A stretch of DNA of 34,258 bases from an uncultured Methanosarcinales archaeon. Its GTDB lineage: Archaea; Nanobdellota; Nanobdellia; Woesearchaeales; CG1-02-33-12. This document shows, in pieces, positions 1 to 9,229 of the stretch. The stretch's first letter is position 1. Each line of letters opens with the position of its first letter. The position numbers and the translations under genes are program-made. The notes beneath the pieces were generated by a model that ran no database searches, was not told the origin of the DNA, and saw only the letters and a list, made by a program, of their open reading frames with translations. The stretch spans positions 1 to 34,258 of the forward strand of contig CAYOHL010000003.1 of the NCBI GenBank assembly GCA_964403775.1. Reading direction: 5' to 3'.

Positions 1-55
1 AAATGCTCATCCTCATACTAAAGTATGAGGTTTTCGCAAGCATTTCTGTGCATAA
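1..55. repeat. Palindromic nested-hairpin repeat, copy 1 (cut by window edge)
   Basis: 54/55 identical to 9370-9424; AAATGCT..CCTCATACT-aa-AGTATGAGG..AGCATTT nested inverted repeats; lies just downstream of the srp54 stop. Confidence 0.85.
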
Positions 56-74
56 TAAAATTTTGGAAATTGTT

Positions 75-1439
75 TTATGATTTAAGCTTAATATTTGGCA
101 TTCCCCTACCACTAAATTTTTTCATCATTCTTTCCATCTGCTTTGGGCTTCCGCCCTTAAAGAGCTTTGCCATCTTTTTGCTCTGCCTGTACTGTTTTAA
201 CAGCTCCCTAACCTCTCTTGTAGTTGTTCCTGAGCCCTTTGCAATCCTGTCAATTCTTGTAATGCTTATAATATCAGGGTTTTCAAGCTCCTGCTTTGAC
301 ATTGAGTCCATTATAAAGCGCCATTTTTTCAGCTTGCTTTCCTGAACTTTTAATAAGTCCTTTGGCATCTTCAGCTGGGAAAAGCCGGGAATCATTTCTG
401 TGATTTTGCTCAATGGGCCCATCTTGCTCATTGCCTGCATCTGCTCATACAAATCAATTAAGTTAAACTCCCCCTTAAGGAACCTTTTTCCTAAGTCCTC
501 TGCCTCTTCTTTTGAGATGGCTTGTTCTGCTTTTTCTAATAATGCTTCAAGGTCACCCATGCCTAAAAGTCTTGAAATAAAGCCTTCTGGCTTGAAAACC
601 TCTAAATCATCTAGTTTTTCACCAATACCAATAAGCTTTATCTTTGCATCTGTTGCAGCGCATGATGTTAAGGCTCCTCCTGCTTTTGCAGTGCCGTCCA
701 TCTTTGTTACAATTATTCCTGTTATCTTGCATGATTCATGGAATGTTTGCGCCTGTTTCTGGGCTGCCTGGCCAAGGTCTGCGCTTATTACCAGAAGATT
801 TTCCTCTGGCTTTACAGCACTGTTTATTTTCTTTATTTCCTCAATTAAATCCCTTGATAGTGCATCCCTTCCAGAGGTGTCTATAATTATTATATTATAT
901 TTATTGAATTTATTTTCAAACTCTTTCCATATTTTTAATGGATTTTTTTCCTTTTTATCAAGAAAAACAGGAACCTTTGCTTTTTTTGCTATCTGCTCAA
1001 TTTGTTCCATTGCAGCAGGCCTGTGGGTATCAAGGCCAACCAATGCAACATTATAGCCTCTTTTTGTGTAATATTTTGCGAGCTTTCCAGCCTGAGTTGT
1101 TTTTCCAGAGCCAAACAAGCCAACAAGCATTATTCTGGTTGGCTTTTTCTTGATTTCTATTTTTCCTTCTTCCCTTCCAACAAAATTCACCAGCTCCTCA
1201 TAAACCACTTTTACAAGGTATTCTTTTTTTGTGAGGCCAGCAGGGGTTTCCTCTTTTAAAGCTCGTTCTTTTATCTTGTTGCTTAAGTCAAAAACAAGCT
1301 TTACATTAACATCTGCCTGCAATAAGGCTCGCTGTATATCCTTTATAAGCTCATTTATAAGCTTCTCATCAACAAATATGGCTTTGGCTATCTTGGTTAA
1401 CGTGTTCTTTAATGAATTTCCAAGCTTCTCAAGCACCAT
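75..1439 (-). CDS. srp54: Signal recognition particle protein SRP54
   Basis: N domain ALLQADVN, GTPase motifs GLFGSGKTT, DTSGR, TKMDGTAKAGGA, RLLGMGD, Met-rich M domain RIAKGSG. Confidence 0.98.
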   Translation of the reverse strand: MVLEKLGNSLKNTLTKIAKAIFVDEKLINELIKDIQRALLQADVNVKLVFDLSNKIKERALKEETPAGLTKKEYLVKVVYEELVNFVGREEGKIEIKKKPTRIMLVGLFGSGKTTQAGKLAKYYTKRGYNVALVGLDTHRPAAMEQIEQIAKKAKVPVFLDKKEKNPLKIWKEFENKFNKYNIIIIDTSGRDALSRDLIEEIKKINSAVKPEENLLVISADLGQAAQKQAQTFHESCKITGIIVTKMDGTAKAGGALTSCAATDAKIKLIGIGEKLDDLEVFKPEGFISRLLGMGDLEALLEKAEQAISKEEAEDLGKRFLKGEFNLIDLYEQMQAMSKMGPLSKITEMIPGFSQLKMPKDLLKVQESKLKKWRFIMDSMSKQELENPDIISITRIDRIAKGSGTTTREVRELLKQYRQSKKMAKLFKGGSPKQMERMMKKFSGRGMPNIKLKS

Positions 1440-1463
1440 TTTACAGCTAAGAACAGCTTTTCA

Positions 1464-1477
1464 TTTATAAACCTTTA
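1464..1477 (-). promoter_or_regulatory. Archaeal BRE/TATA promoter of srp54
   Basis: Minus strand AAAGG-TTTATAAA about 25 nt upstream of the ATG at 1439, i.e. probably leaderless. Confidence 0.6.
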
Positions 1478-1499
1478 GAAAAGAATAGAAAAAAGAAAA

Positions 1500-3416
1500 T
1501 CAAAACTTAATCTCATTAGATTTATTATTTATAATATCCTGCATCTTTTTGATTAAGTCTTCTAGCCTTATGTTAAAATAAAGCTTTCCATCAAGTGTTC
1601 TCACTGCAACTGTGCTGTTTTTAACTTCTTTTTCGCCAACTGTAAGTATTAATGGAATCTTTTTAAGCTGGGCCTCTCTAACCTTTCTTGGCATTGTCTC
1701 TGCCATGAAATCTGTCTCAACCCTTATATTGTTTTTTTCAAGCTGTTCCTTTATTTTTTCTGCATAAGGTATGTGGCTGTCATTTATATTCAGGATAACT
1801 GCCTGTGTTGGGGCTAACCACAACGGAAACTTTCCAGCATAATGCTCTATAAGTATGCCTAAAAATCTTTCCATTGAGCCATAGATAACCCTATGAATCA
1901 TGATAGGCCTGTGCTTTTTTCCATCCTTGCCCTCATAAGTCAGGTTAAACTTTTCAGGCATTGCAAAATCAAGCTGTATTGTTCCACATTGCCATGTCCT
2001 CCCCAGGCAGTCCTTTAAATGGAAGTCTATTTTTGGGCCATAAAAAGCACCCTGGCCCTCATTAATCTTGTATTTTATTTTTTTGGCATCCAATGCATTT
2101 TTTAAGCCAGAAGTTGCCTTTTCCCATGCTTGATCAGAGCCCATTGCATTGTCTGGCTTTGTGCTCAGCTCAACCTTATAACTAAATCCAAATGTTTTAT
2201 AGAACTTATCTGTAAGGTTAATTACCCCAATAATCTCATCTTTTATTTGTGATTCTGTCATAAATATATGGGCGTCATCCTGTGTAAAGCACCTTACTCT
2301 GAACAAGCCAGCCAAAACACCTGACAGCTCATGCCTGTGAACAATTCCCATCTCACCCATCCTCATTGGAAGCTCCCTATAGGATCTTAGCCTTGTTTTA
2401 TAGATTAATATTCCTCCCGGGCAGTTCATTGGCTTTATTGCATAATCCTGGTCATCTATCTTAGTAAAATACATATTCTCCTTGTAATGGTCCCAGTGGC
2501 CGCTCTGCTCCCAGAGATTCCTGTTTAATATTATAGGGGTTATTGCCTCTGTGTAGCCAGCTTTTGCATGCTCTTTTCTCCAGAAATCCTTTAAAATGTT
2601 TATTATAACAGTTCCATTTGGATGAAAGAATGGAAAACCAGGACCCTCATCATGCACACTAAATAAATCCAATTCTTTTCCTAGCTTGCGGTGGTCTCTT
2701 TTCTCTGCCTCTTCCAATAGTTTAAGATATTTTCTTAGTTGTTCTTTGTCTGGGAATGAGATTCCATACAGCCTTTGCAGTTGCTTGTTTTTTGCATCGC
2801 CTTTCCAGTATGCTCCTGCTATTTTTGTTAATTTAAATGCTTTTATCTTTCCAGTTGATGGAACATGCGGGCCCCTGCAGAAGTCTATAAAATTGCCCTG
2901 CCTGTAGATGCTTATTTTCTCATCTTCCAGCTCCTTAATCATTTCTGTTTTATAAGGGTTATCTTTGAATTTTTTTAATGCCTGTTTTTTTGTTAGTTCA
3001 ATCCTTTCAAGCTTTAGGTTCTCCTTGACTATCCTGTCCATTTCTTTTTCAATCTTTGCAAAGTCCTCTGGTTTGAATCTTTTTTCATAATCAATATCAT
3101 AATAGAATCCATCCTCAACAGCAGGGCCTATGCTGAGCTTTGCCTTTGGGAACAGCCTTTTTATTGCATGGGCCATTAGATGGGCACTGGAATGCCTGAA
3201 AACCTCTTTGCCCTCATCATCCTTGAATGTTATTATCTTCAGCTTTGAGTCCTTGTTTATCTTTGTGCTTAAATCAACTAGTTCATTGTCAAGCTTTGCT
3301 GCAACTGCTTCATCTGCAAGCCTTTTTCCTAGCTTTCTTGCTACCTCAATTATGCTTATTCCCTTTTCATACTCTTTTACTGAGCCATCTGGAAATCTTA
3401 TTTTCATTTTAACCAT
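1500..3416 (-). CDS. thrS: Threonine--tRNA ligase, bacterial-type (TGS + editing + catalytic + anticodon domains)
   Basis: HSSAH and DFCRGPH editing motifs, AGAYW, RDHRKLG, KPMNCP, RVRCFTQDDAH, AFYGPKID, WQCGTIQLDF. Confidence 0.98.
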   Translation of the reverse strand: MVKMKIRFPDGSVKEYEKGISIIEVARKLGKRLADEAVAAKLDNELVDLSTKINKDSKLKIITFKDDEGKEVFRHSSAHLMAHAIKRLFPKAKLSIGPAVEDGFYYDIDYEKRFKPEDFAKIEKEMDRIVKENLKLERIELTKKQALKKFKDNPYKTEMIKELEDEKISIYRQGNFIDFCRGPHVPSTGKIKAFKLTKIAGAYWKGDAKNKQLQRLYGISFPDKEQLRKYLKLLEEAEKRDHRKLGKELDLFSVHDEGPGFPFFHPNGTVIINILKDFWRKEHAKAGYTEAITPIILNRNLWEQSGHWDHYKENMYFTKIDDQDYAIKPMNCPGGILIYKTRLRSYRELPMRMGEMGIVHRHELSGVLAGLFRVRCFTQDDAHIFMTESQIKDEIIGVINLTDKFYKTFGFSYKVELSTKPDNAMGSDQAWEKATSGLKNALDAKKIKYKINEGQGAFYGPKIDFHLKDCLGRTWQCGTIQLDFAMPEKFNLTYEGKDGKKHRPIMIHRVIYGSMERFLGILIEHYAGKFPLWLAPTQAVILNINDSHIPYAEKIKEQLEKNNIRVETDFMAETMPRKVREAQLKKIPLILTVGEKEVKNSTVAVRTLDGKLYFNIRLEDLIKKMQDIINNKSNEIKF

Positions 3417-3588
3417 TTAAACATCCTCCATAATCATTAGTTGGCTTAATATTCCTTAATAAAACCATAAAACAACAAAATAGTATTTAAGCTTTGTTAT
3501 AAAAATGCACTAGAACTAGCGTGTTGATAAAACCTAAAAATTCTCCAAATCAAAAGATTTAAAAGCAAGCTCAAAATACTGCATAATC

Positions 3589-3999
3589 TTGAAGATGGAC
3601 TGCAATGAAAAATCGGACAGGGAACTTGTTGATGAATACAAAAGGCTCAAACCATGGGGCTTTTCAATTAGTGTTGACCTCAAAAACTGTAATCCTGAGA
3701 CAATAAGAAGCAAAGAAAAAATAAATGAGTTTATAGTAAAGCTTTGCAAGCTTATAGACATGAAAAGGTTTGGTGAGCCGCAGATAGTTAATTTTGGCGA
3801 AGAAGAGAGAGTGGAAGGATATTCATTCACCCAGCTCATAGAAACATCCCTTGTTTCAGGTCATCTGTCAAACTATACCAATGCAGCTTACATAGACATA
3901 TTCAGCTGCAAGGAATTTAAGCCAAAAAAAACAGCAGAATTCTGCAAAGAATTCTTTAAAGCCAAGTCTTACAAAATTAATTTTGCATTCAGACTTTAA
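3589..3999 (+). CDS. speD: S-adenosylmethionine decarboxylase proenzyme family (pyruvoyl-dependent); ATG alternative at 3595
   Basis: WG..xDLKNC, GYSFTQLIETSLVSGH self-cleavage region, YIDIFSC motif, size about 135 aa. Confidence 0.8.
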   Translation: MKMDCNEKSDRELVDEYKRLKPWGFSISVDLKNCNPETIRSKEKINEFIVKLCKLIDMKRFGEPQIVNFGEEERVEGYSFTQLIETSLVSGHLSNYTNAAYIDIFSCKEFKPKKTAEFCKEFFKAKSYKINFAFRL

Positions 4000-4062
4000 T
4001 AAAATTATTTTAATCAAAAAGTTTAAAAACAAGCAAGTTAAATTTATTCTTAAGGTGTTAAT

Positions 4063-5133
4063 TTGGATTCAAGGGCTTGCATTGATTGGCTGAAGAGGAA
4101 GAATCTATTGGACAGCTGCAAACTTAACTCTGCTTACCTGAAAAATGTTTTCAAGGACTGCCTCAAGGCAAAGAATGAAAGCATTCTGATAATTGGTGAT
4201 ACTGGCTATGAGAGGAGGCATGCAGCTGCCTTGCTTGCAGGCTCTTATTATTTTGCAGCAAAAAAACTTGGGCTGCGCCCAAGGCTTTTTTTTCAGGTGC
4301 CTAAATTAAGAGGTGATTTGGCAGATAAAAGCATTGTTGATGCAATCAACTATCTGGGGGAGAGAAGCATTTTACTTCTTGCTTTGTCCAACAGGCTTGG
4401 CTCCTTAAGGGGCATGACCAAAGGCTATAGGCGCTTGTGCAGGCAGAGAAACATGAGGTTTGCATCTACAACAAGCCTTGGAACAATAGAAACAAAGGAT
4501 TTTAAGTCTTTAATAAAAACCATTAACCTGGACTATCCGGAAATACAAAGAAAGCATAAAACAGTTAAGTCAGTTATTGAAAAGGGAACAGAACTGCATG
4601 TAAGGACAAATGCTGGAACAGACCTTCACATGAAGATTGATTATAGGAAAGTCAATTCTGCAGACGGCAATTATACAAAGCCAGGCTCAGGCGGAAACCT
4701 TCCCGCCGGAGAAGTCTATTTCCCCCCAAAAAAAGAATCAGTTAATGGAAAGGTTGTTATTGACGGAAGCTCAAGAAACAGGTATGAAACAATAATAATA
4801 AAAAATCCAATAACCTTAATAATTAAGAACAGCAACCTTATTAAAGTTGATGGTGACAAAGAGGCAAATCTTTTGGAGGAAACACTGTCCTGGGCAGAGA
4901 GAAATTCCAAATATCCGTGGGGCATAAGAAAAATCTGCGAGTTTGGAATCGGCCTGAATCCAAAAGCAAAAATAATTGGCTCAACAATAGTTGATGAAAA
5001 AGCCCTTGGAACAGCGCATATTGCCCTTGGCTCAAACAGCTGGTTTGGCGGGTCTATATTCGCGATGACCCACCTTGACCAGGTCTTTAAAAACCCCAAA
5101 ATAACAGTCGATGGAAGATTGTTGGATATTTAG
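4063..5133 (+). CDS. Aminopeptidase, M29/AmpS-like (leucyl aminopeptidase T family), TTG start
   Basis: GTDL, GNLPAGEV, EFGIGLNP, DEKALGTAHIALGSN, HLDQV motifs; AGGTG RBS upstream. Confidence 0.8.
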   Translation: MDSRACIDWLKRKNLLDSCKLNSAYLKNVFKDCLKAKNESILIIGDTGYERRHAAALLAGSYYFAAKKLGLRPRLFFQVPKLRGDLADKSIVDAINYLGERSILLLALSNRLGSLRGMTKGYRRLCRQRNMRFASTTSLGTIETKDFKSLIKTINLDYPEIQRKHKTVKSVIEKGTELHVRTNAGTDLHMKIDYRKVNSADGNYTKPGSGGNLPAGEVYFPPKKESVNGKVVIDGSSRNRYETIIIKNPITLIIKNSNLIKVDGDKEANLLEETLSWAERNSKYPWGIRKICEFGIGLNPKAKIIGSTIVDEKALGTAHIALGSNSWFGGSIFAMTHLDQVFKNPKITVDGRLLDI

Positions 5134-5156
5134 TTAAGCTGCTTTTTCATGCTTTT

Positions 5157-5921
5157 CTATTTGTAATTTTCTAAAATTTTGTTTAGTGCCTCATCTAGCT
5201 TTTTACTTTCTTCCTTCCTCTTTAATATGCTATAAAGTCTTTCCACATCTTCTATACCCTTTACTTTGTCTTTTTTAACACCTATTTTTTCAGAGAATTC
5301 TTTGCCCAATTCCTTAATTTTTTCTTCATTTTCTGCAACATCAGCCAATACATAGTTCTCTAATCTTTTGGATATATTTACCACTCCTTTTTGCTGGGTT
5401 TGATAAAGACCTTCCATTGTAAGGGTTCCAAGCCTTTCAATATAATCCTTATCCACGCCACCATGTTCTGAGTATAGATATTTTAATGTTTGTTGACCAA
5501 AGTATTTATCTGCCTTCACTCCTAAAAAATTTATATAATCCTCTCCTCTTCTTTCAAGAATCTTCTCAGCAACCTTTACCTTTTCCTCATCTGTTAGCTG
5601 ACTTAGCTTTTTGCCAGTTTTTTTTATTTCTTCTGAGTGAGCTGTTGTAGATACAAGATTTTGGTCTATGGCCCAATCTTTAATTTGTTTTTCTCTTTTT
5701 TTAAGAACATCTATGGTTACTTTCTCATCAACTGTTCCTATGAGCATTACTCCAGCAATCCAGATAAGAAAGAACCCAAACAATATGCTTGATGTTGGGT
5801 TTAAGGTAGTTGTTGGTGCCCCTGCTACTGCTCCTGTTATATTTCCACTAAAATTTAGCATTAAGAACAGGCCTAAAAAAACAAGAACAAAACTTGCTAT
5901 CAGCACTCTTTTTGGTTTCAT
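5157..5921 (-). CDS. Hypothetical membrane protein (two N-terminal TM segments, charged helical C-terminus)
   Basis: 254-aa ORF; hydrophobic segments flanking an ITGAVAG motif; TATA-like TTTATATA upstream. Confidence 0.7.
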   Translation of the reverse strand: MKPKRVLIASFVLVFLGLFLMLNFSGNITGAVAGAPTTTLNPTSSILFGFFLIWIAGVMLIGTVDEKVTIDVLKKREKQIKDWAIDQNLVSTTAHSEEIKKTGKKLSQLTDEEKVKVAEKILERRGEDYINFLGVKADKYFGQQTLKYLYSEHGGVDKDYIERLGTLTMEGLYQTQQKGVVNISKRLENYVLADVAENEEKIKELGKEFSEKIGVKKDKVKGIEDVERLYSILKRKEESKKLDEALNKILENYK

Positions 5922-5997
5922 TAGGTTGACTATTTATCTTGTTATATATAAACATTTCTAAATTTTGTTTGAGTTTTTATCAAGAAACAATCATGAG

Positions 5998-7491
5998 TTA
6001 GTTAATAACCACACAATCTGTTTTTTTGAGAACATCAACGGCATAGCCCATCTTTTGCCTGTTTTCTGCGTGTATTGTCAATATTTTCTCGCCTTTTTTT
6101 ACCCTGTCTTTTACATGCTTATGGAGATATATGCCTGCACCAATGTCATGTGGTGCTCCAGCAGACCTTGCTATTCTTGATATTAAATTGTTGTCAAGGT
6201 ATTTTACAATGCCTGATTTGTTTGCCCTGAATTCATATCTTATTTTTCCAATTTTTATCTTGTCAGGGCTTATCTCCTTTCCGCCCTGTGCTTTTATAAT
6301 CTCCATCATCTTTTTGTAAGCTGCACCAGAATCAACTATCCCCAATGCCTTTCTGAAGCCATCACCCTTTCTTGCCTTTCCGCCCATCTCAAGCATTATT
6401 CCGGCCATTTTAATAGACTTTTCTCTCAAATCAAGAGGCTGCCTTGGGTCATCTTTAAGCACCCACAAAACATCCCTTGCCTCTAGTGCAGGACCAATCC
6501 CATTGCCAATAGGTTCTGAGCCATTTGTTATTATCACTTTGGTTTTTATGCCAAGCCTTTTTGATAGTGCATAAAACAACCTTTTGTATTTCAATGCCTT
6601 TATCATACTTTCTATCTTTGCTCCCCTCCCAACAGGTATGTCAATAAGCAGATGGGTTGCAGAAACAGACTTTTTCTTTGCAATCACACTGGCCAGAAGC
6701 TGTCCAACAGGGTCAAGGGATAAAGGGTACTCAACCTTTATTATCTTGTCATCTACAGGAGCAAGGTTAACAGAGCCGCCCCAGACAAGACAGGCATTTG
6801 TCTTTCTAATAATATTTTTTATTTCTTTGACTGAAAAGCATACATTGCATAGAACCTCCATTGTGTCAGCTGTTCCAGCAGGGCTTGTTATGCTCCTTGA
6901 TGATGTTTTTGGAATTGTCAAGCCAGCCGCAGCAACTATTGGAACTAAAACCATTGTTGTCCTGTTACCGGCTACGCCGCCAATACAGTGCTTGTCCATT
7001 ACAGGATATTTAGCAATCTTTAATATCTCTCCTGTAGTTATCATTGCCTTTGTTAATGAGATGATTTCACCAAGATTAAGACCATTTGTATAGCAGGCAG
7101 AAACAAAATAAGTTATTTCTATCTCACTTAACCTGTTATTGTTAATATCATCAATAATTTTATAGATTTCATCGTCAACAAGCATTTCCCCCTTTAATTT
7201 TCTCTTGATATACTGTATGGAAGCTGGTTTTTCAACAAGGGATATCTCAACAACATCACCTGATTTTGCATTTAGCTTGGTCAAAACCTCTTGATATAAT
7301 CCTATCTTGCCACTTGGAATTATTTTGCTTGATTCAGCAATATTTATTATTGCAATAATGCTCTTTCCTCTTTTTTTAATTTTAACTCTGTCTTCATAAT
7401 GAAGATCAAGTTTTAGCGCATCAAACTCGTTTAGAACTGCTACAAGGGGCCAGCCTGTTGCAATATCAATATCCTTTACAGTTAGTTTCAT
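5998..7491 (-). CDS. deoA: AMP phosphorylase (thymidine phosphorylase family, archaeal type with N-terminal extension)
   Basis: DKHCIGGVAGNRTT, KTSSRSITSPAGTADTMEVL, WGGSVNLAPVDD, GNGIGPALEA, ARSAGAP. Confidence 0.93.
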   Translation of the reverse strand: MKLTVKDIDIATGWPLVAVLNEFDALKLDLHYEDRVKIKKRGKSIIAIINIAESSKIIPSGKIGLYQEVLTKLNAKSGDVVEISLVEKPASIQYIKRKLKGEMLVDDEIYKIIDDINNNRLSEIEITYFVSACYTNGLNLGEIISLTKAMITTGEILKIAKYPVMDKHCIGGVAGNRTTMVLVPIVAAAGLTIPKTSSRSITSPAGTADTMEVLCNVCFSVKEIKNIIRKTNACLVWGGSVNLAPVDDKIIKVEYPLSLDPVGQLLASVIAKKKSVSATHLLIDIPVGRGAKIESMIKALKYKRLFYALSKRLGIKTKVIITNGSEPIGNGIGPALEARDVLWVLKDDPRQPLDLREKSIKMAGIMLEMGGKARKGDGFRKALGIVDSGAAYKKMMEIIKAQGGKEISPDKIKIGKIRYEFRANKSGIVKYLDNNLISRIARSAGAPHDIGAGIYLHKHVKDRVKKGEKILTIHAENRQKMGYAVDVLKKTDCVVIN

Positions 7492-7494
7492 TTT

Positions 7495-8586
7495 TCAGAC
7501 AATCTCTGTTTTATAGATTTCAGCAAAAGTTAAAAACAGCGATAGTATCAAAGGGCCTACAACAATTCCTATTATTCCAAACATAGCCAACCCGCCCAAT
7601 ATTCCCAAGAGTATTATTGTAGGATGAATCCTTGCCCTATCGCCTATTATTTTGGGCCTTATCAAATTGTCAATTGTTGAGATCACAATAAAGCCATAAG
7701 CAAGAAGGCCTATGCCTGCAATAGTTGCAGAAATATTATCTGATGTTAAACCAATAATGAGCTTAGATGCTCCAAGAGGGAACCATACCCATGGAGCTCC
7801 TATAAAAGGTATCATACAGGCAATTATCATAATAAGGCCCCATATAAGGGGGGATTCAATGCTAAATATATACAAGCCTAATGTACCAACCATGCCCTGG
7901 ATCAATGCTGTCATAAAGTGTCCGTATATAACAGCACGTGTAACACTGCCAAATTTTTTCACTATTTTGTTTTGGTAATGGCTTTTTAATGGTATAATAA
8001 CCTTTATCTTTTTAAGCATTAATTCTCCGTCTCTTAACATAAAAAAAGTTAAAAATACCATAACAAAAAAGCTGAGTATCCTTCTTGGTATTGTAAATGC
8101 AAAATTTGATAACAAACTTATTATGGTGTTTGTAATATTGTCAAGGGAAGAGTATATTTGTGGTTTCTTTGCTGTACTAACCAAGAAGGAGTTTAGCTTA
8201 TACAAAATATTGGAGTCAGATTCTGCCCCAATTATATCCCCCTCTGCAATCCTCTGCTTTGAATTAGCATAAACAGTTATTACTTCCCTTGTAAGTGAGT
8301 TTGCAACAAACAAAATAGGGGTGATTATTAAAATTATTATGAAAACTGTTACTATGCCCGCAGAAAGATTTTTTCTATTGGTTTTTTTATTAATCCATCT
8401 GTATAAAGGGTAGAATATATATGAAACTATAGTGCTGGTCAATATTGCAATTATAAACGGCCTGATAATCAGGAAAACCAGAAAAATAGCTATAAGAAAG
8501 AACAGCAGTATAAAATATTTTGAAAATTCCTCTTTTATTCTTCTGATATTATCAACCTCTTTAACTATTGCGAACGTAGTGAGCAA
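7495..8586 (-). CDS. AI-2E family transporter (PerM/UPF0118); true start uncertain
   Basis: Multi-TM; YPLY, IPFIGA, IDNLIRPKIIG, HP.IILLGILGG..FG..G..VGP motifs. Confidence 0.9.
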   Translation of the reverse strand: MLTTFAIVKEVDNIRRIKEEFSKYFILLFFLIAIFLVFLIIRPFIIAILTSTIVSYIFYPLYRWINKKTNRKNLSAGIVTVFIIILIITPILFVANSLTREVITVYANSKQRIAEGDIIGAESDSNILYKLNSFLVSTAKKPQIYSSLDNITNTIISLLSNFAFTIPRRILSFFVMVFLTFFMLRDGELMLKKIKVIIPLKSHYQNKIVKKFGSVTRAVIYGHFMTALIQGMVGTLGLYIFSIESPLIWGLIMIIACMIPFIGAPWVWFPLGASKLIIGLTSDNISATIAGIGLLAYGFIVISTIDNLIRPKIIGDRARIHPTIILLGILGGLAMFGIIGIVVGPLILSLFLTFAEIYKTEIV

Positions 8587-8587
8587 C

Positions 8588-8796
8588 TGGGCCTGCCCGG
8601 ACTTTCATAACCCTTGCGAGCGTTAGCGAGCGCGAGGGACTTCAATTGCAGGGCAATTGAATGTCGCTCTTTGCGTATCAAATGAGCGTAACCATTTGCG
8701 TGCCAGCTTAGCAAAGAAGCTGTTTTGAACCGGGGATATTCACCATTTTGATTTAAAATCGTCAAGGTGACATCATAGCCGCTAGATCACAGGCCC
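8588..8796 (-). tRNA. trnV: tRNA-Val(GAC) with two introns: canonical 37/38 (8746-8759, 14 nt) and T-loop 59/60 (8602-8723, 122 nt)
   Basis: Acceptor GGGCCTG/CAGGCCC-A, anticodon stem TCACC/GGTGA with TT-GAC-G, T stem CCCGG/CCGGG; BHB central helices TTGA/TCAA and TTCA/TGAA; splicing restores T loop TTCAAAT. Confidence 0.88.
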
Positions 8797-8848
8797 AACT
8801 AAAAAATATAAGATTAGAATTGATATTTAAATGTTTTGTAAAAAACCG

Positions 8849-8950
8849 AGCGAGAGTTGAACACTGCGCAGATTTTGGCCCAAAATTTGATAAAATGCAG
8901 GCGACATTCAGCTATCGCTGAAGTCCCCTAAAAAGCCCCGAGCGAGAGTT
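8849..8950. repeat. 102-bp direct repeat, left copy (att-like; contains tRNA-Thr 3' fragments)
   Basis: Identical to 13263-13364 by direct comparison. Confidence 0.95.
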
Positions 8951-8982
8951 ATAAAAAAGGTAGGAAATAAGGGAATATTTAT

Positions 8983-9144
8983 ATGATTATTTATGTGACG
9001 GGAACTATAATGTTTTTAGCTGGTGCACTTGTTATAGTGTTTATTAAATCAAAAAAGGTTTTGACTAAACAAGAGGGAATTTATCTAATATTATTCTACA
9101 TATTTTCATTAGTTGTAGAATTTGTTATCAATAAGGTGTTCTAG
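8983..9144 (+). pseudogene. C-terminal remnant of a Na+/Ca2+ antiporter (YrbG-like)
   Basis: Own translation MIIYVTGTIMFLAGALVIVFIKSKKVLTKQEGIYLILFYIFSLVVEFVINKVF*; the LTKxEG..L..FY pattern matches the last helices of this family. Confidence 0.55.
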
Positions 9145-9229
9145 AAAAAATATACTTAGATTTACACGCATCAGTTTTTAGCTATCTTTAGCCGTCTTCA
9201 CAGAATTCCTCTCATATTGTTTAAAATCA

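Noticed and set aside
8432-8765. ORFs 8565-8765 and 8432-8626, including the idea of an intron-encoded protein
   Set aside because: They overlap tRNA-Val exons, lack nuclease motifs, and the Ser intron has no equivalent frame
8588-8796. Split or permuted tRNA
   Set aside because: All exons are collinear on one strand with cis BHB-like junctions
8846-8950. CRISPR mini-array from repeated CCGAGCGAGAGTTGAAC
   Set aside because: Repeats are tRNA-Thr 3' fragments, the spacer is about 70 bp and identical at both loci, and no cas genes are present
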